From: an uncultured virus (IMG/VR IMGVR_UViG_3300035429_000180)
Taxonomy: Duplodnaviria > Heunggongvirae > Uroviricota > Caudoviricetes
Strand: one strand, 5' to 3'
IMG/VR virus record: IMGVR_UViG_3300035429_000180
DNA: 64,000 nucleotides
Positions within the stretch are counted from its first letter, which is position 1, and every line of letters starts with the position of its first letter. Shown here one piece after another: positions 40,043 through 49,983 of this stretch. The translations under genes and the position numbers were made by a program. Below the pieces are notes generated by a model, which saw nothing but the letters and a program-made list of their open reading frames with translations, made no database searches and was not told the origin of the DNA.

Positions 40043-40540
40043 ATGGAAAAAGTTTATGGAAGCCCCAGACGACAAGACGGTCTTTATAAAGTTGGCCGTA
40101 ACAAGTGGGAAATAATCTATGGCTTCGGCAAAGATGATGAATCCTCTGATATCGGATGGAATTGGCGACAGCGTTTTACGCACCGGCCAACTCTTGACGA
40201 AATCAAAGCTGCTATTATTGACGCGATCAAACAAGAGAGCGAGTATCAGCTACGCTACGGCCTGAAGTGGAATGGGCTCACAATAGAATATACCGAGGAG
40301 CGAAAAAGCGATCTGACAGGTATAATCGTAGGGCTTCAGGGGGGCTTCATGCAGTTGCCTATTGAGCTAAACCTTGGATCTTCAGCAGACGGTACCCCAT
40401 CGGTGTTTACCTTTACCTCCCCTGAACAAATTGGAGAAGTCGCCGCCAGCATAGCCGCACACAAGGTTATAGTTAGCAAAGCCGAGTGGACCGCGATAAA
40501 CGATCTTGGCGAAATGGAAGCCTATAAAACAGAAAAGTAA
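40043..40540 (+). CDS. Hypothetical protein (DUF4376-like, possible tail-fibre chaperone)
   Basis: 165 aa; 'FTHRPTLDEIK..I' motif; follows tail/DGR cassette. Confidence 0.6.
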   Translation: MEKVYGSPRRQDGLYKVGRNKWEIIYGFGKDDESSDIGWNWRQRFTHRPTLDEIKAAIIDAIKQESEYQLRYGLKWNGLTIEYTEERKSDLTGIIVGLQGGFMQLPIELNLGSSADGTPSVFTFTSPEQIGEVAASIAAHKVIVSKAEWTAINDLGEMEAYKTEK

Positions 40541-40559
40541 AATCAATAATTATCACATC

Positions 40560-41042
40560 ATGACTATCGAACTCATCGCTATTTCTGTGTCGTGCCTTAT
40601 CATGACACTTTATCTGACTGCTTATATTAACACAGTTGGTATCCCGGCCTCGATCAGTGCCACATATTACAACACTGAAAAGAAATGGTTGTTTCCATCC
40701 ACTATAGCAACCACAGGATTGTGTGCCCTTATGCCGTTGTTGAACAATACGCCGGAGAGCTATCAGTTTGTCGCCTTCTTCATTGTTGCAGCAACACTAT
40801 TCGTTGCGAGTGCTCCCGCATTTCGCGATGACATGATAGGCAAAGTGCATGGAGTCTCCGCCGCCGTGCTTGGGATATGCGCTCTTGCTTGGCTCATTCT
40901 CACATCTGGCTGTCCTTGGTTGGCAATAGTTGGTATATGTGTAGCAATAATTGATATTAAACATTTTCTATTCTGGATTGAGGTAGGACTGTTATACAAC
41001 CTTTTTATAGATCTTATAAAAATTGTGGTTATGAACGGTTAA
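40560..41042 (+). CDS. Multi-pass membrane protein
   Basis: 4-5 hydrophobic segments. Confidence 0.7.
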   Translation: MTIELIAISVSCLIMTLYLTAYINTVGIPASISATYYNTEKKWLFPSTIATTGLCALMPLLNNTPESYQFVAFFIVAATLFVASAPAFRDDMIGKVHGVSAAVLGICALAWLILTSGCPWLAIVGICVAIIDIKHFLFWIEVGLLYNLFIDLIKIVVMNG

Positions 41043-41080
41043 AGTTAACTCACAAGTTTCGTTATAACGTCCTATCTTTG
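41038..41080 (+). promoter_or_regulatory. Lysis promoter GTTAAAGTTAAC-N23-TATCTTTG
   Basis: -7 box plus shared motif at the same spacing. Confidence 0.7.
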
Positions 41081-41102
41081 AACTCCAAAACATTATCATA
41101 AA

Positions 41103-41555
41103 ATGGAAGAAGCAGTTAAATACTTATTATATGACCACCTCTATAAGCATATTGTTATAATATGTCTTTGCATGGGAGGCATGTTATTTGCCATGCTCGT
41201 TGATCTTGTCTTCGGAATCAAGAAAGCTCGTCTACTTAAACAGGCAACTACCAGCACAGGGTATAAAATGACTTGCGAGAAAGGTAAAAAGTACTTCACT
41301 CCATTTGCGGTACTCATGTGTATAGACCTAATCGCAAGTGTGATATTACCGGCACCATTCTTTTCAATGCTCTGGTCAGCTTATTGCTTGTTTTGCGAGT
41401 TTAAGAGTGTACGCGAAAAATCGTGGACAAAGGCAGAGCTTCGCAAAGCCGAGCGCACAATGAACATCGTAATCGAAAACAAAGAGGATATCGCCAAATT
41501 AGTTGCACAACTCGTTCTCGGAGAAACTAAAAAGACACAAAATTCTAACACATAA
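41103..41555 (+). CDS. Holin
   Basis: 3 TM segments, 'VDLVFGIKKA..TSTG', 'EFKSVREK'; precedes amidase. Confidence 0.8.
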   Translation: MEEAVKYLLYDHLYKHIVIICLCMGGMLFAMLVDLVFGIKKARLLKQATTSTGYKMTCEKGKKYFTPFAVLMCIDLIASVILPAPFFSMLWSAYCLFCEFKSVREKSWTKAELRKAERTMNIVIENKEDIAKLVAQLVLGETKKTQNSNT

Positions 41556-41568
41556 AATAACTAAACCA

Positions 41569-42222
41569 ATGATTATCCTAATTGATAATGGACATGGCAA
41601 AGACACAGCCGGAAAATGCAGCCCTGACAAAAGGCTGCTTGAATATAAGTGGGCACGGGAAATAGCCGGTTTTCTATGTGATTTCATGAAGAATTGTGGC
41701 TATGATGCTCGGCTAATTGTTCCTGAAGAGAATGACGTTCCTCTTCCAGAGCGTTGTCGCCGAGTAAATGAGATATGCAACGAGTACGGCGAAGAAAATG
41801 TGTTACTCGTTTCCATTCATTCAAACGCAGCCGGAGCAGACGGTAAATGGAAGACAGCCGGCGGATGGTGTGTGTACACTTCGCCCGGAAAAACAAAGGC
41901 TGACACACTCGCTACTGAAATATGGAACGCCGCAAACGTGTGGCTCAAACCATATATCGACCGTTTCCCGTTGCTACAAAGCAAGGGCGAGTATGACAGC
42001 AAGCAACGCCCCATACGCGCCGATTGGAGCGACGGCGACCCCGACTATGAAGCCCGGTTTGCCATACTGACGGGAACGAAGTGTGCAGCCGTGCTTACCG
42101 AGTCGCTATTTCAGGACAACAAGGCCGATGTTGATTTTCTACTTTCGGTCGAGGGCAAGAACGCAATCATCCGACTGCATGCAGACGGCATAATGTCGTA
42201 TATCAACAAGCCTGACAAATGA
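41569..42222 (+). CDS. Endolysin, N-acetylmuramoyl-L-alanine amidase (Amidase_3)
   Basis: IDNGHG..E, VSIHSNA, AVLTE motifs. Confidence 0.92.
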   Translation: MIILIDNGHGKDTAGKCSPDKRLLEYKWAREIAGFLCDFMKNCGYDARLIVPEENDVPLPERCRRVNEICNEYGEENVLLVSIHSNAAGADGKWKTAGGWCVYTSPGKTKADTLATEIWNAANVWLKPYIDRFPLLQSKGEYDSKQRPIRADWSDGDPDYEARFAILTGTKCAAVLTESLFQDNKADVDFLLSVEGKNAIIRLHADGIMSYINKPDK

Positions 42223-42710
42223 AACAGTTGCTCTATCTTGTAGCCGCATTTCTCGTCGGGTGTATCGCTACGGCGATATTTCTCACGGAGCGCAAGCCGA
42301 TTGAACCGACGGTTACAACGATTACACTCTACGATACTATCCCTTACTACGTCGCAGTGGCAAGGGATAGCGTCGTTGTTCGTTACGAAACGCACCGCTT
42401 GCCGATAGTCCCCACTTCGAATGTTGGACTTGAAGATAACCTCATAGCCCAAAATGACAGCGCAGATGTGATAATCCCAATCACGCAAAAGGAGTATCAG
42501 GACAGTACCTATCACGCATGGGTCAGTGGCTATGCGGTCAATCTCGACAGCATACATACCTATGCCCAGCACGAATATACGACGGTGCAATTTCCACCAT
42601 CGAAGCCAAAGCGTTGGCACTTAGGCATAACAGCCGGTTTTGCTATCACACCCAAAGGGGTGCAGCCATATATAGGCGGCGGTATTACTTATTCTTTCAA
42701 ATCATACTAA
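42219..42710 (+). CDS. Putative spanin-like membrane protein
   Basis: N-terminal TM; C-terminal beta-hairpin 'WHLGITAG..PYIGGGITY'; overlaps endolysin stop. Confidence 0.55.
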   Translation: MKQLLYLVAAFLVGCIATAIFLTERKPIEPTVTTITLYDTIPYYVAVARDSVVVRYETHRLPIVPTSNVGLEDNLIAQNDSADVIIPITQKEYQDSTYHAWVSGYAVNLDSIHTYAQHEYTTVQFPPSKPKRWHLGITAGFAITPKGVQPYIGGGITYSFKSY

Positions 42711-42712
42711 CC

Positions 42713-43219
42713 ATGCCCACAATCACCCTACAAGTCAATAAGGCCGCAGTCTGGAATGAAGTAGCAAAGACTTCGGGCTACACCGGTGACAAGATGACCG
42801 ACTCAGACGAAAACGCATACGAGCGTATCCTAATAACAGATGAGGACCAGAAATCCCTGCAACGTTTTTGGGAAGAAGCCGTTGCCGTTGCCAACGATCA
42901 GCTCAAGGAAATGCTCGAAACAGCAAGTCCGATGAACAGCGATTATGATGTAACGCTTAAAGTGTCTCGCAGTTATGATACAGTACTTAATGCAAGTGTA
43001 CAAGCTGCTTTGACAAGCTATTTCATTTCAGCGATAGTTGGACGCTGGTATAAGTTCAGCAACAAGACCGAAGCCGAAAGTTACTTTTCAGAGGCCGCAA
43101 ACATGATGGATGATGTGCTACGCAAACTATACTCTCGCAAGCGACCTCGCCGGCCCAACAGAGAGGGGCCGACAATCGGCAACGTCATACCTGATTATGT
43201 AACAGACACCAATATTTAA
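42713..43219 (+). CDS. Putative head-tail connector/ring protein
   Basis: 168 aa from MPTITL; helical; similar pattern to the next two genes. Confidence 0.55.
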   Translation: MPTITLQVNKAAVWNEVAKTSGYTGDKMTDSDENAYERILITDEDQKSLQRFWEEAVAVANDQLKEMLETASPMNSDYDVTLKVSRSYDTVLNASVQAALTSYFISAIVGRWYKFSNKTEAESYFSEAANMMDDVLRKLYSRKRPRRPNREGPTIGNVIPDYVTDTNI

Positions 43220-43728
43220 TGACTATGGCACAGAAGAAACCTGTAACCGCCACGATTGTCATGGACGAATTGCTCTATGACATCATGAACGAAACATACC
43301 TGCGCGGTCGTACCATCCAGGACGACACCAACTATAAGCAGGTAGCAAGTATGTTTGCATCACTTGATGAGGAAAACCAAGACAAGATACTTCGCTCGAT
43401 AAAAAAAGCATTCAGCGAAGTCAAGACCGAACTTTCCGAATATCTAACTGAGAACGGCTTGACGACCGACAATAGACTCATATCGGCCACAACCAACCTT
43501 GAGCTATCGTTGACTATGCCGAGCAACTTCAACGAAGCTGCCACCGCCGGAATTGCCGAAGCTGTCCACGACTATATACGCAACTCTGCTGTGAGCGACT
43601 GGTATCTCGTCACCAATAAAGCCGATGCCGCCGACTACACCGGACTTGCTGCCCGAAGCCTCGAAAACATACGCAAAAGTGTGAGCAAGCGCAGCCGTCC
43701 TATGCGCCGTGCCGCCGCCGGTAGCTGA
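43219..43728 (+). CDS. Putative head-tail connector/ring protein
   Basis: 169 aa; 'HDYIRN..VSDW' pattern shared with neighbours. Confidence 0.55.
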   Translation: MTMAQKKPVTATIVMDELLYDIMNETYLRGRTIQDDTNYKQVASMFASLDEENQDKILRSIKKAFSEVKTELSEYLTENGLTTDNRLISATTNLELSLTMPSNFNEAATAGIAEAVHDYIRNSAVSDWYLVTNKADAADYTGLAARSLENIRKSVSKRSRPMRRAAAGS

Positions 43729-43730
43729 AA

Positions 43731-44276
43731 ATGATCTGTTGCAACAACGGAAACGGACGGGGCCGCGGGCAGGAGCAGAAAGTAAAGAACACACTCGTCT
43801 TTCTACGAGAAGAACTGCTGCTTGACATAGAGAACTATACCTTTGTGACAGGCGACATAATGCCCACGGAAGATGAACACATGAAACATCAAGTCTTCGA
43901 CATAGCACAGGACGGTAACGAAGATCTTGCCACCCGTGTGCTCAACCTCGCCCATGCCGAATGTGTAGAAAGTCTTTATCCCTACACCATGACACCTTGC
44001 ATACAAGATGAGACAATCGATGATAAGTTGGTGGTGCCGGAGCAGTACGAGATCGAATTGGCTTTGCCTAAGCAATTCTCGCGCACTACGGTGTTGCTTT
44101 TGAAAGAATTTATACACGATTATTTTGTATGCCGGGTGCTGGTGGAGTGGTTCGGAATCACTTGCCCAACAGCCCAACCATTCTGGAAAGAGCGGCTGGA
44201 GTTGCTCATGGGGAGAATGAAACGCGCCTTGCTTGGCCGGCGAAAGCCTCTGCGACGTGGACAATCAATGTTTTAA
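43731..44276 (+). CDS. Putative head-tail connector/ring protein
   Basis: 181 aa; 'IHDYFVCRVLVEWF'. Confidence 0.55.
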   Translation: MICCNNGNGRGRGQEQKVKNTLVFLREELLLDIENYTFVTGDIMPTEDEHMKHQVFDIAQDGNEDLATRVLNLAHAECVESLYPYTMTPCIQDETIDDKLVVPEQYEIELALPKQFSRTTVLLLKEFIHDYFVCRVLVEWFGITCPTAQPFWKERLELLMGRMKRALLGRRKPLRRGQSMF

Positions 44277-44281
44277 CACAA

Positions 44282-44310
44282 AGACCGGAACGCATCACGC
44301 GCTCCGGTCT
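44282..44310. terminator. Hairpin between convergent units
   Basis: AGACCGGA...TCCGGTCT. Confidence 0.6.
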
Positions 44311-44335
44311 TCTCATATACATATTTCTCAAAAGC

Positions 44336-47050
44336 TCATCTTGGTTGGTTTGTCTTCCGAGTGTCAAACTGAACTGTTGCACCGTAAATACTTTCATCTT
44401 CAGTAAGATTGCACAACAGGGCGATACGGAAGTATTTATATGGGGTGCCTCGGAAACCTCGTAGATAATGATCCTTGCTTGACCATATGAGTGACCAATC
44501 GTAGAGGTCACGCGAACCGTATATAACAGACTGCACATGTCCTTTACGGAAGTTGCCTCGCTGAATTACAGTATTGACGGTCTTCAACACGTCGGATGCA
44601 TCGAGCTTTAGCGGACGAGTGACAAGCATAGAAGTTATCTCACTGTCATCTGATGAAGAAAAATCCACAAGATTACCATTTGTATCTATCGCCAGAGCAT
44701 TGGGGTAAGAATTTACATTATCCTCTATGTTGGAATATATAAGGCCCCACATATTCGATTTTAACGAATACACATAAGCATAAGTAACAGCTCTATTGTA
44801 GACTATGATTCGCTGATGTACGTAATCGTATATCATGCGACACTCTTTTAGAAATTCTGTAAATGGCAACATCGGCAAGCACTTGTCTGTTGTCCGGTCA
44901 TGGTTGAGGCGGTCATGCAATCCTTTCATGTGGGGTAGTGATAGCAAATCAAATGGAACTTCGGTTTTGATAGTATCGCTTATACACTGTGTATTTGATC
45001 CACTAATCAACATAATACCTCGGTCAGTTGGAAATAGGACTGAAGAATCTATTTGTGTGATTCCTTCTGGATTTATACAGACGTCACGAGTAATCGGTTG
45101 GCGAGCTGAATATGTACCTGCTGATGAAATCTCCATAGCCCATACACCCTCGGAGGTAAAAGCATATAACGGGAATTGGCCGAACTGCCCTTGAGAAAGA
45201 GCTTTTGCGGCCGAAGCGATAGACAGAATCTTACCCGTACCAACAGTGTTTATGCCGGTGAGTGGGAAATAATATGGGTTATTGACTTCTGATGTATATA
45301 TCTTATTCAGAATATCAATGGTCCGGTATTCTTCCGTGGATAAAGTCGGGGATTTTGATAATTTCGGTTTGCCATCGGAATTTATTCCATTCCAATCACC
45401 GAAGTAATAAGCTCCATTTAATGTGGGATGAGGTTCAAGATTTACCTCATATATTTCACTACTAACATATGCGGTTTGTACAAGCACAGCTTTGTATGCA
45501 TTTACATTAGGATAGAATAACCATAAGAATGGAGTATTGAATCCAAATGATCCGACTCCGCCATTTACGACAATATCCTTACCGTCTTGCTTGATAAAGT
45601 AGTACACTGAAACGCTTACTGTGTAGTCAAGTTGCGTGGGCAATGCATCTTTCCAATAACCAACATATCCATCAGTAAATGAAAATGCAGCAGTAGCCTT
45701 GAACCCGGAGAATAGCCTGAGTCTTACATCTGCAATATTCAGTCGAGAGTTGTATCCAAAAGAGCATTTTGGTATTAGAAGATCATGGCTGTTATAATCG
45801 TCAGTCATAACCTCTCGCGCGACAAGAGATTGCAGGTATTCCTTATTGATCGGGATAATAGTGCGCTCGGTTTTAAGGTCATCAACATTTATAGATTTTA
45901 GCAAATAAAACAACGCATTATTAGTAACATCTGCTTTTATGGCATCGCTATCGCGCTGAGGAAGCATAAGCCTCCAGCCTGGATTAGTCAGACCATTAGG
46001 ATCAAACGTTTTTGCATACAGCCATGAGAATGAGGCTTGCTGATAACGCAACGGGAATCTATCTGTCGAGGCTTTTTGATTTATATGCTTGCAAATTGCG
46101 TAGCAATCGGAGTAGTCCGTATTTGAAAATTTGGTACATTCGCCATTCTGATCATATGTATATATCGGTTTTGAAACAAATATATCAACAGACTTTACTA
46201 TGTCACCCCAATTTTTTAATGACCTCAATGCATTAGGGTCAGCAGCATAATCCAATTGATGAAACATAGCGGCGATAATCAGCTTGGCAGAGTTGATTGA
46301 AGTTGATGTATTGTATCCATGAAGATTCGTGCAAAAACATTGAGGAGCAAGATCAGACGAGCAGACCATCAATATTGGCGCAGAGTGCATTGTAAGAGAG
46401 CCATCGTAAAGACGATAGGCATATCTTACAAAAAAAGGAAACATGAATTTACCAACATTAGTTGAATTTTCGGCGATGAATTTATTTACCTTCGCAAGAA
46501 CTTGTTCAGTTATTCTCTGTTTATTGTTATCAGTAAACTCATTGAAAATATCCCCACTAAAGAAAGCGATATTATCAAAAGATATTTGAAATTCATCTCC
46601 TCTGATCATTTCACCTTGAAGACCGAAAGATATTGGCAACTCTGGTATATGTGTGCCTAAATTTAGATATGCGCCATCTTTCCAAAGCGCGTAATGCATA
46701 CCGGCAGAGGTAAGAATGATCAGCGTATTGCCTATTGCATTAATCCCATATATTTCAAGACTCGATAGAAATGAGATAACAGTGGCCATTTCTTCATTAT
46801 CAGCATCAGAGTCCATCCACTTAACGGTGTTGCCAATTTGAATTATGTAATGGACAAAGGCAGAGGTTTCATGAATGAAAGATACCTTGTTTGCGGCCGT
46901 TTGAAATCTTTTTATAATTTTAGGTTGGAAAACCGGCTTTAATACGCCATCTTCCGGCACAAGATTTATTGACGAGGCAAGATCGCCATCCAAACATTCA
47001 TAGTCGGATGGTTGGGCTGTGTAGCCTCCATATTTGATGTCCTTTATCAT
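44336..47050 (-). CDS. Putative tail nozzle/stabilisation protein (beta-propeller-like)
   Basis: 904 aa, beta-rich; 'KIYTSEVNNP', 'GQFGQFPLYAFTSEGVW' patterns resembling podoviral stabilisation proteins. Confidence 0.6.
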   Translation of the reverse strand: MIKDIKYGGYTAQPSDYECLDGDLASSINLVPEDGVLKPVFQPKIIKRFQTAANKVSFIHETSAFVHYIIQIGNTVKWMDSDADNEEMATVISFLSSLEIYGINAIGNTLIILTSAGMHYALWKDGAYLNLGTHIPELPISFGLQGEMIRGDEFQISFDNIAFFSGDIFNEFTDNNKQRITEQVLAKVNKFIAENSTNVGKFMFPFFVRYAYRLYDGSLTMHSAPILMVCSSDLAPQCFCTNLHGYNTSTSINSAKLIIAAMFHQLDYAADPNALRSLKNWGDIVKSVDIFVSKPIYTYDQNGECTKFSNTDYSDCYAICKHINQKASTDRFPLRYQQASFSWLYAKTFDPNGLTNPGWRLMLPQRDSDAIKADVTNNALFYLLKSINVDDLKTERTIIPINKEYLQSLVAREVMTDDYNSHDLLIPKCSFGYNSRLNIADVRLRLFSGFKATAAFSFTDGYVGYWKDALPTQLDYTVSVSVYYFIKQDGKDIVVNGGVGSFGFNTPFLWLFYPNVNAYKAVLVQTAYVSSEIYEVNLEPHPTLNGAYYFGDWNGINSDGKPKLSKSPTLSTEEYRTIDILNKIYTSEVNNPYYFPLTGINTVGTGKILSIASAAKALSQGQFGQFPLYAFTSEGVWAMEISSAGTYSARQPITRDVCINPEGITQIDSSVLFPTDRGIMLISGSNTQCISDTIKTEVPFDLLSLPHMKGLHDRLNHDRTTDKCLPMLPFTEFLKECRMIYDYVHQRIIVYNRAVTYAYVYSLKSNMWGLIYSNIEDNVNSYPNALAIDTNGNLVDFSSSDDSEITSMLVTRPLKLDASDVLKTVNTVIQRGNFRKGHVQSVIYGSRDLYDWSLIWSSKDHYLRGFRGTPYKYFRIALLCNLTEDESIYGATVQFDTRKTNQPR

Positions 47051-47436
47051 TTTGAAGCGAGATTAATATGAACTATAATAGGCAATAACCGTCGTCCCTG
47101 CTTATCAATAACAACCTCACCGCAAGGGAGAGCAGCTTTGCTGATGGCTTTGCAGACAGACAGCATGGCTCTACATAATCGAGCCGACGATCCGCGAAAA
47201 TGCAGACCGCCGCCTTTTGGTTTAGACGGGAATACTTGTGCTTCGTGACGGTTATGCGAAGCATTTCCTACATGAAAAGCCACATATAGGTAATACTCGC
47301 ATCCGTCGCTCAACACATCCACCACGTCGCCAGGGGAAATGTTGAGCACACGAACTACGCGAGCTGTGAGGTCGAATCGACCGTCGGCTCGGAAGATAAC
47401 GTCAGATCTACGCGTTGTTCCGAGTATACTTTTCAT
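47047..47436 (-). CDS. Hypothetical protein
   Basis: 129-aa ORF coupled to neighbours. Confidence 0.7.
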   Translation of the reverse strand: MKSILGTTRRSDVIFRADGRFDLTARVVRVLNISPGDVVDVLSDGCEYYLYVAFHVGNASHNRHEAQVFPSKPKGGGLHFRGSSARLCRAMLSVCKAISKAALPCGEVVIDKQGRRLLPIIVHINLASK

Positions 47437-47884
47437 GCGGTCTCTCGATTTGGAAGTAGTTACGGCCTTGTGGCGTGACTTGTTTTGTGACTGTGAGTTT
47501 GCAGGGCTTCAAAAAATGCGTCACACCATAATCGTATAGAATTTTAGCAACTGTCGGATTGAGGCATTCAAAACCAATACACTTGTGCTTCGAGTTATAC
47601 TGAATGTCGGCTAATTGTGTCGGCTGGTCAAACGACACGTTGATAGCAAAGCCGTAGCATTTCATAGCCGGAGAGTAGAACACAAAAACTTTAGGCTGCA
47701 CATCGTCTTTTCCGTAAACATCCTTGATGCCACGGAAAAGACGGCGTGAGAATGTGACGGAGTTGTCGCCAACGTCCATTATCACGAAATTATGGCGGTT
47801 GCGCCACCATGTGATGATTTTCTTTGGCTTTTGCCAAAGCGTTTCTACGAATGATTTAATATGATTAAACGATGAATGAAGCAT
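47408..47884 (-). CDS. Hypothetical protein
   Basis: 158-aa ORF; start uncertain. Confidence 0.7.
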   Translation of the reverse strand: MLHSSFNHIKSFVETLWQKPKKIITWWRNRHNFVIMDVGDNSVTFSRRLFRGIKDVYGKDDVQPKVFVFYSPAMKCYGFAINVSFDQPTQLADIQYNSKHKCIGFECLNPTVAKILYDYGVTHFLKPCKLTVTKQVTPQGRNYFQIERPHEKYTRNNA

Positions 47885-47888
47885 GATG

Positions 47889-47931
47889 CGAATATAGTAT
47901 GTATTATTTAGAGTATGTTGTTAACTTGGAA
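47889..47931 (-). promoter_or_regulatory. Late-type promoter TTCCAAGTTAAC-N23-TATATTCG
   Basis: Same motif and spacing as the other late promoters; points into the nozzle operon. Confidence 0.55.
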
Positions 47932-48149
47932 TAGTCGTGTCGTGAACGGAACGACACGGTTTCCACAAACTTGTAGGATAGGTTGCTTTCGAGAGCGTTG
48001 CGGTGATCGTTAGCCTCTTGTTTGCTTTTGAAGATGAAGCTTGACACCTCACACTTGTTTGTCCCACGAGTATGAATTATGTTGGCGTAATACTTTCGAC
48101 CGAGCAGGAACGCCACAATCTCGGTCAGAACGGTTGTTGTCTGGTTCAT
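47904..48149 (-). CDS. Hypothetical protein
   Basis: 81-aa ORF with AT-rich leader. Confidence 0.65.
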   Translation of the reverse strand: MNQTTTVLTEIVAFLLGRKYYANIIHTRGTNKCEVSSFIFKSKQEANDHRNALESNLSYKFVETVSFRSRHDYSKLTTYSK

Positions 48150-48204
48150 ATTGATTGGAGTTTGGGCTTTATTGTTGTTAAATGTATAGCATAGGGGTTA
48201 GTGT

Positions 48205-48747
48205 TTAAGAAAGCCAAAGCATTGCGCAAATAAGTCCGGCGCAGATTGCATCTTCAGGAGACTTGTAGTATTTCCCACTATCTTCGCAAACTTCCACACC
48301 AAAGACATCTGCGTCCTCTAATGCTTGCTCAGTTGGATTATCTTCTTGATGAATTGCAAAATACCCGCAATAGTAATCGCCGGGCATCCATGAAGTTATA
48401 TCTCTTGCTACTACTTCCCACATGAGAACTTTGTGGTCGTATGGAGCGTCCCAATATTCAGAGTTTAAATCTATTGGGGTTAGATATCGGGGTATTTCCA
48501 ACAGCCATGCGTTATACTTTTTACATAGCCACTTCTTTGCTTCATAGTAGCCTACATTGTCAGAGCCAGTATAACCACGTTCTTTCATCATGCCAACGAT
48601 TGAAGACGGAATATAAGGCTTATTCTTATCCATAGTTATCTCCTTTCTCTCCACATCCGGGCAGAACACCTTGATGCTCTCGATGCGCTCTTTTGCGGTT
48701 TGGTCGCTGTTATTTACCATGTATTCATTGCAGGTCATTGGTTTCAA
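48205..48747 (-). CDS. Hypothetical protein
   Basis: Up to 180 aa; lower GC; start may be internal (MDKNKP). Confidence 0.55.
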   Translation of the reverse strand: MKPMTCNEYMVNNSDQTAKERIESIKVFCPDVERKEITMDKNKPYIPSSIVGMMKERGYTGSDNVGYYEAKKWLCKKYNAWLLEIPRYLTPIDLNSEYWDAPYDHKVLMWEVVARDITSWMPGDYYCGYFAIHQEDNPTEQALEDADVFGVEVCEDSGKYYKSPEDAICAGLICAMLWLS

Positions 48748-49333
48748 TCATTTTGTGGTAATGGTTATCATTGAGGTTGTCCATCATTGCCAAAATAGCC
48801 CGGAGACGTGCAAGGTCTATCGGCTTGCTCTCCTGTTCTTCCTCTGCGTCTTTTGGGTCATTGCTGCGGTCTCTGAAGATGCGGTGTTTCTGAACGTAGG
48901 CTTCAAAGACGAGCCTCTGTGTCTTCTCGAAGTCTTTCTTGAGGTTGGCCTTGTGCCAAAAGAAGAGATTACTGATTTCTGCGAATTGGTAGGCTGTCAG
49001 TTCCACCCCTCGGATGATGCTGCTTGATTCTCTAATGTATTGAAGCTCCTTGCTCCCGGTCACGTTTACATAGCACTGCATAAAAAGGTCGAGCCAGACC
49101 TTTCCCTTGCCAATCTCAAAGCGGTAGCAATTTTTCTTTTCTCGATCGAGAATGTCTTCGAGACTTACTCCGTACTGCTTGCATAGTTTGTCGAGTAATC
49201 TCTTGGCTGCTTCCGCTTCGCCGTTGTATCCTTTCTCTGCAAGTGCTTGCAGTTTTCGGAGCTTGCTTTTTATGCTCTCAAATGATTGCTTGTTGTTGCT
49301 CATTTCTACCGGTTGTTTATTTCGTTTCCTCAT
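48725..49333 (-). CDS. DUF2786-like protein
   Basis: 'KLRKLQALAEKG..GEAEAA..L..LC..YG' N-terminal motif. Confidence 0.7.
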   Translation of the reverse strand: MRKRNKQPVEMSNNKQSFESIKSKLRKLQALAEKGYNGEAEAAKRLLDKLCKQYGVSLEDILDREKKNCYRFEIGKGKVWLDLFMQCYVNVTGSKELQYIRESSSIIRGVELTAYQFAEISNLFFWHKANLKKDFEKTQRLVFEAYVQKHRIFRDRSNDPKDAEEEQESKPIDLARLRAILAMMDNLNDNHYHKMIETNDLQ

Positions 49334-49432
49334 TTCTCACCTCCTTCCTTATGGCACAGGCAGTCGGGGTCGTGGGTGATGGATGGCGATGACATTCTGC
49401 CTCCCTCATCATACTTGATATAATAATGACCG

Positions 49433-49756
49433 TCAAAATAGATTCGACTCATGCAATGGTGGTTGCGTGGTATTTGAGGTGCAGGCTGTGTTTGTGCTTT
49501 TGAGTCTGCGCATCCGCTCAGGCAGACGGCTCCTTACATCATAACCCGTGTCGCCTTTTATGACCTCACATGGGAATGGCCGGTCATTATCGGGTGTGAA
49601 GGTGAAGATCTTGGACTTGTACACCCGGTCAAAGTCCCAATACATATCCCCCGTCCATTCGACGGTGTCGCCATGAGACTTGTGCCACGCTGATATTTTC
49701 ATCAGGGCGAAGTTGGGGAAGTTGTGGCCGTCAACGTCAATTAATCCTATTTTCAT
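49433..49756 (-). pseudogene. Truncated radical-SAM-associated protein (N-terminal domain only)
   Basis: MKIGLIDVDGHNFPNFALMKISAWHK...GTGYD N-terminus, but the ORF ends before any CxxxCxxC motif. Confidence 0.65.
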
Positions 49757-49983
49757 GCCAATGGATTGTATTTAGGTTCGACCGGCCCTGCAGTATCCCA
49801 TGTCGGGTGGCGATGCCCATAAATTAACATACAAATCTTCCGGGCATAGAATCCAGCCCTATGACATTCGGAATTGAAATCCTCGTCAAGCGTTCCTTCC
49901 ATCGCATAAAGAGTTTCGAGAAATTCTCTTATCTCGTCTGCCTCTTTTATGGTTAACGATATTCGATTACTGTCTTTCTTCAT
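49753..49983 (-). CDS. Hypothetical protein
   Basis: 76 aa from MKKDSN; stop overlaps next ATG. Confidence 0.6.
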   Translation of the reverse strand: MKKDSNRISLTIKEADEIREFLETLYAMEGTLDEDFNSECHRAGFYARKICMLIYGHRHPTWDTAGPVEPKYNPLA

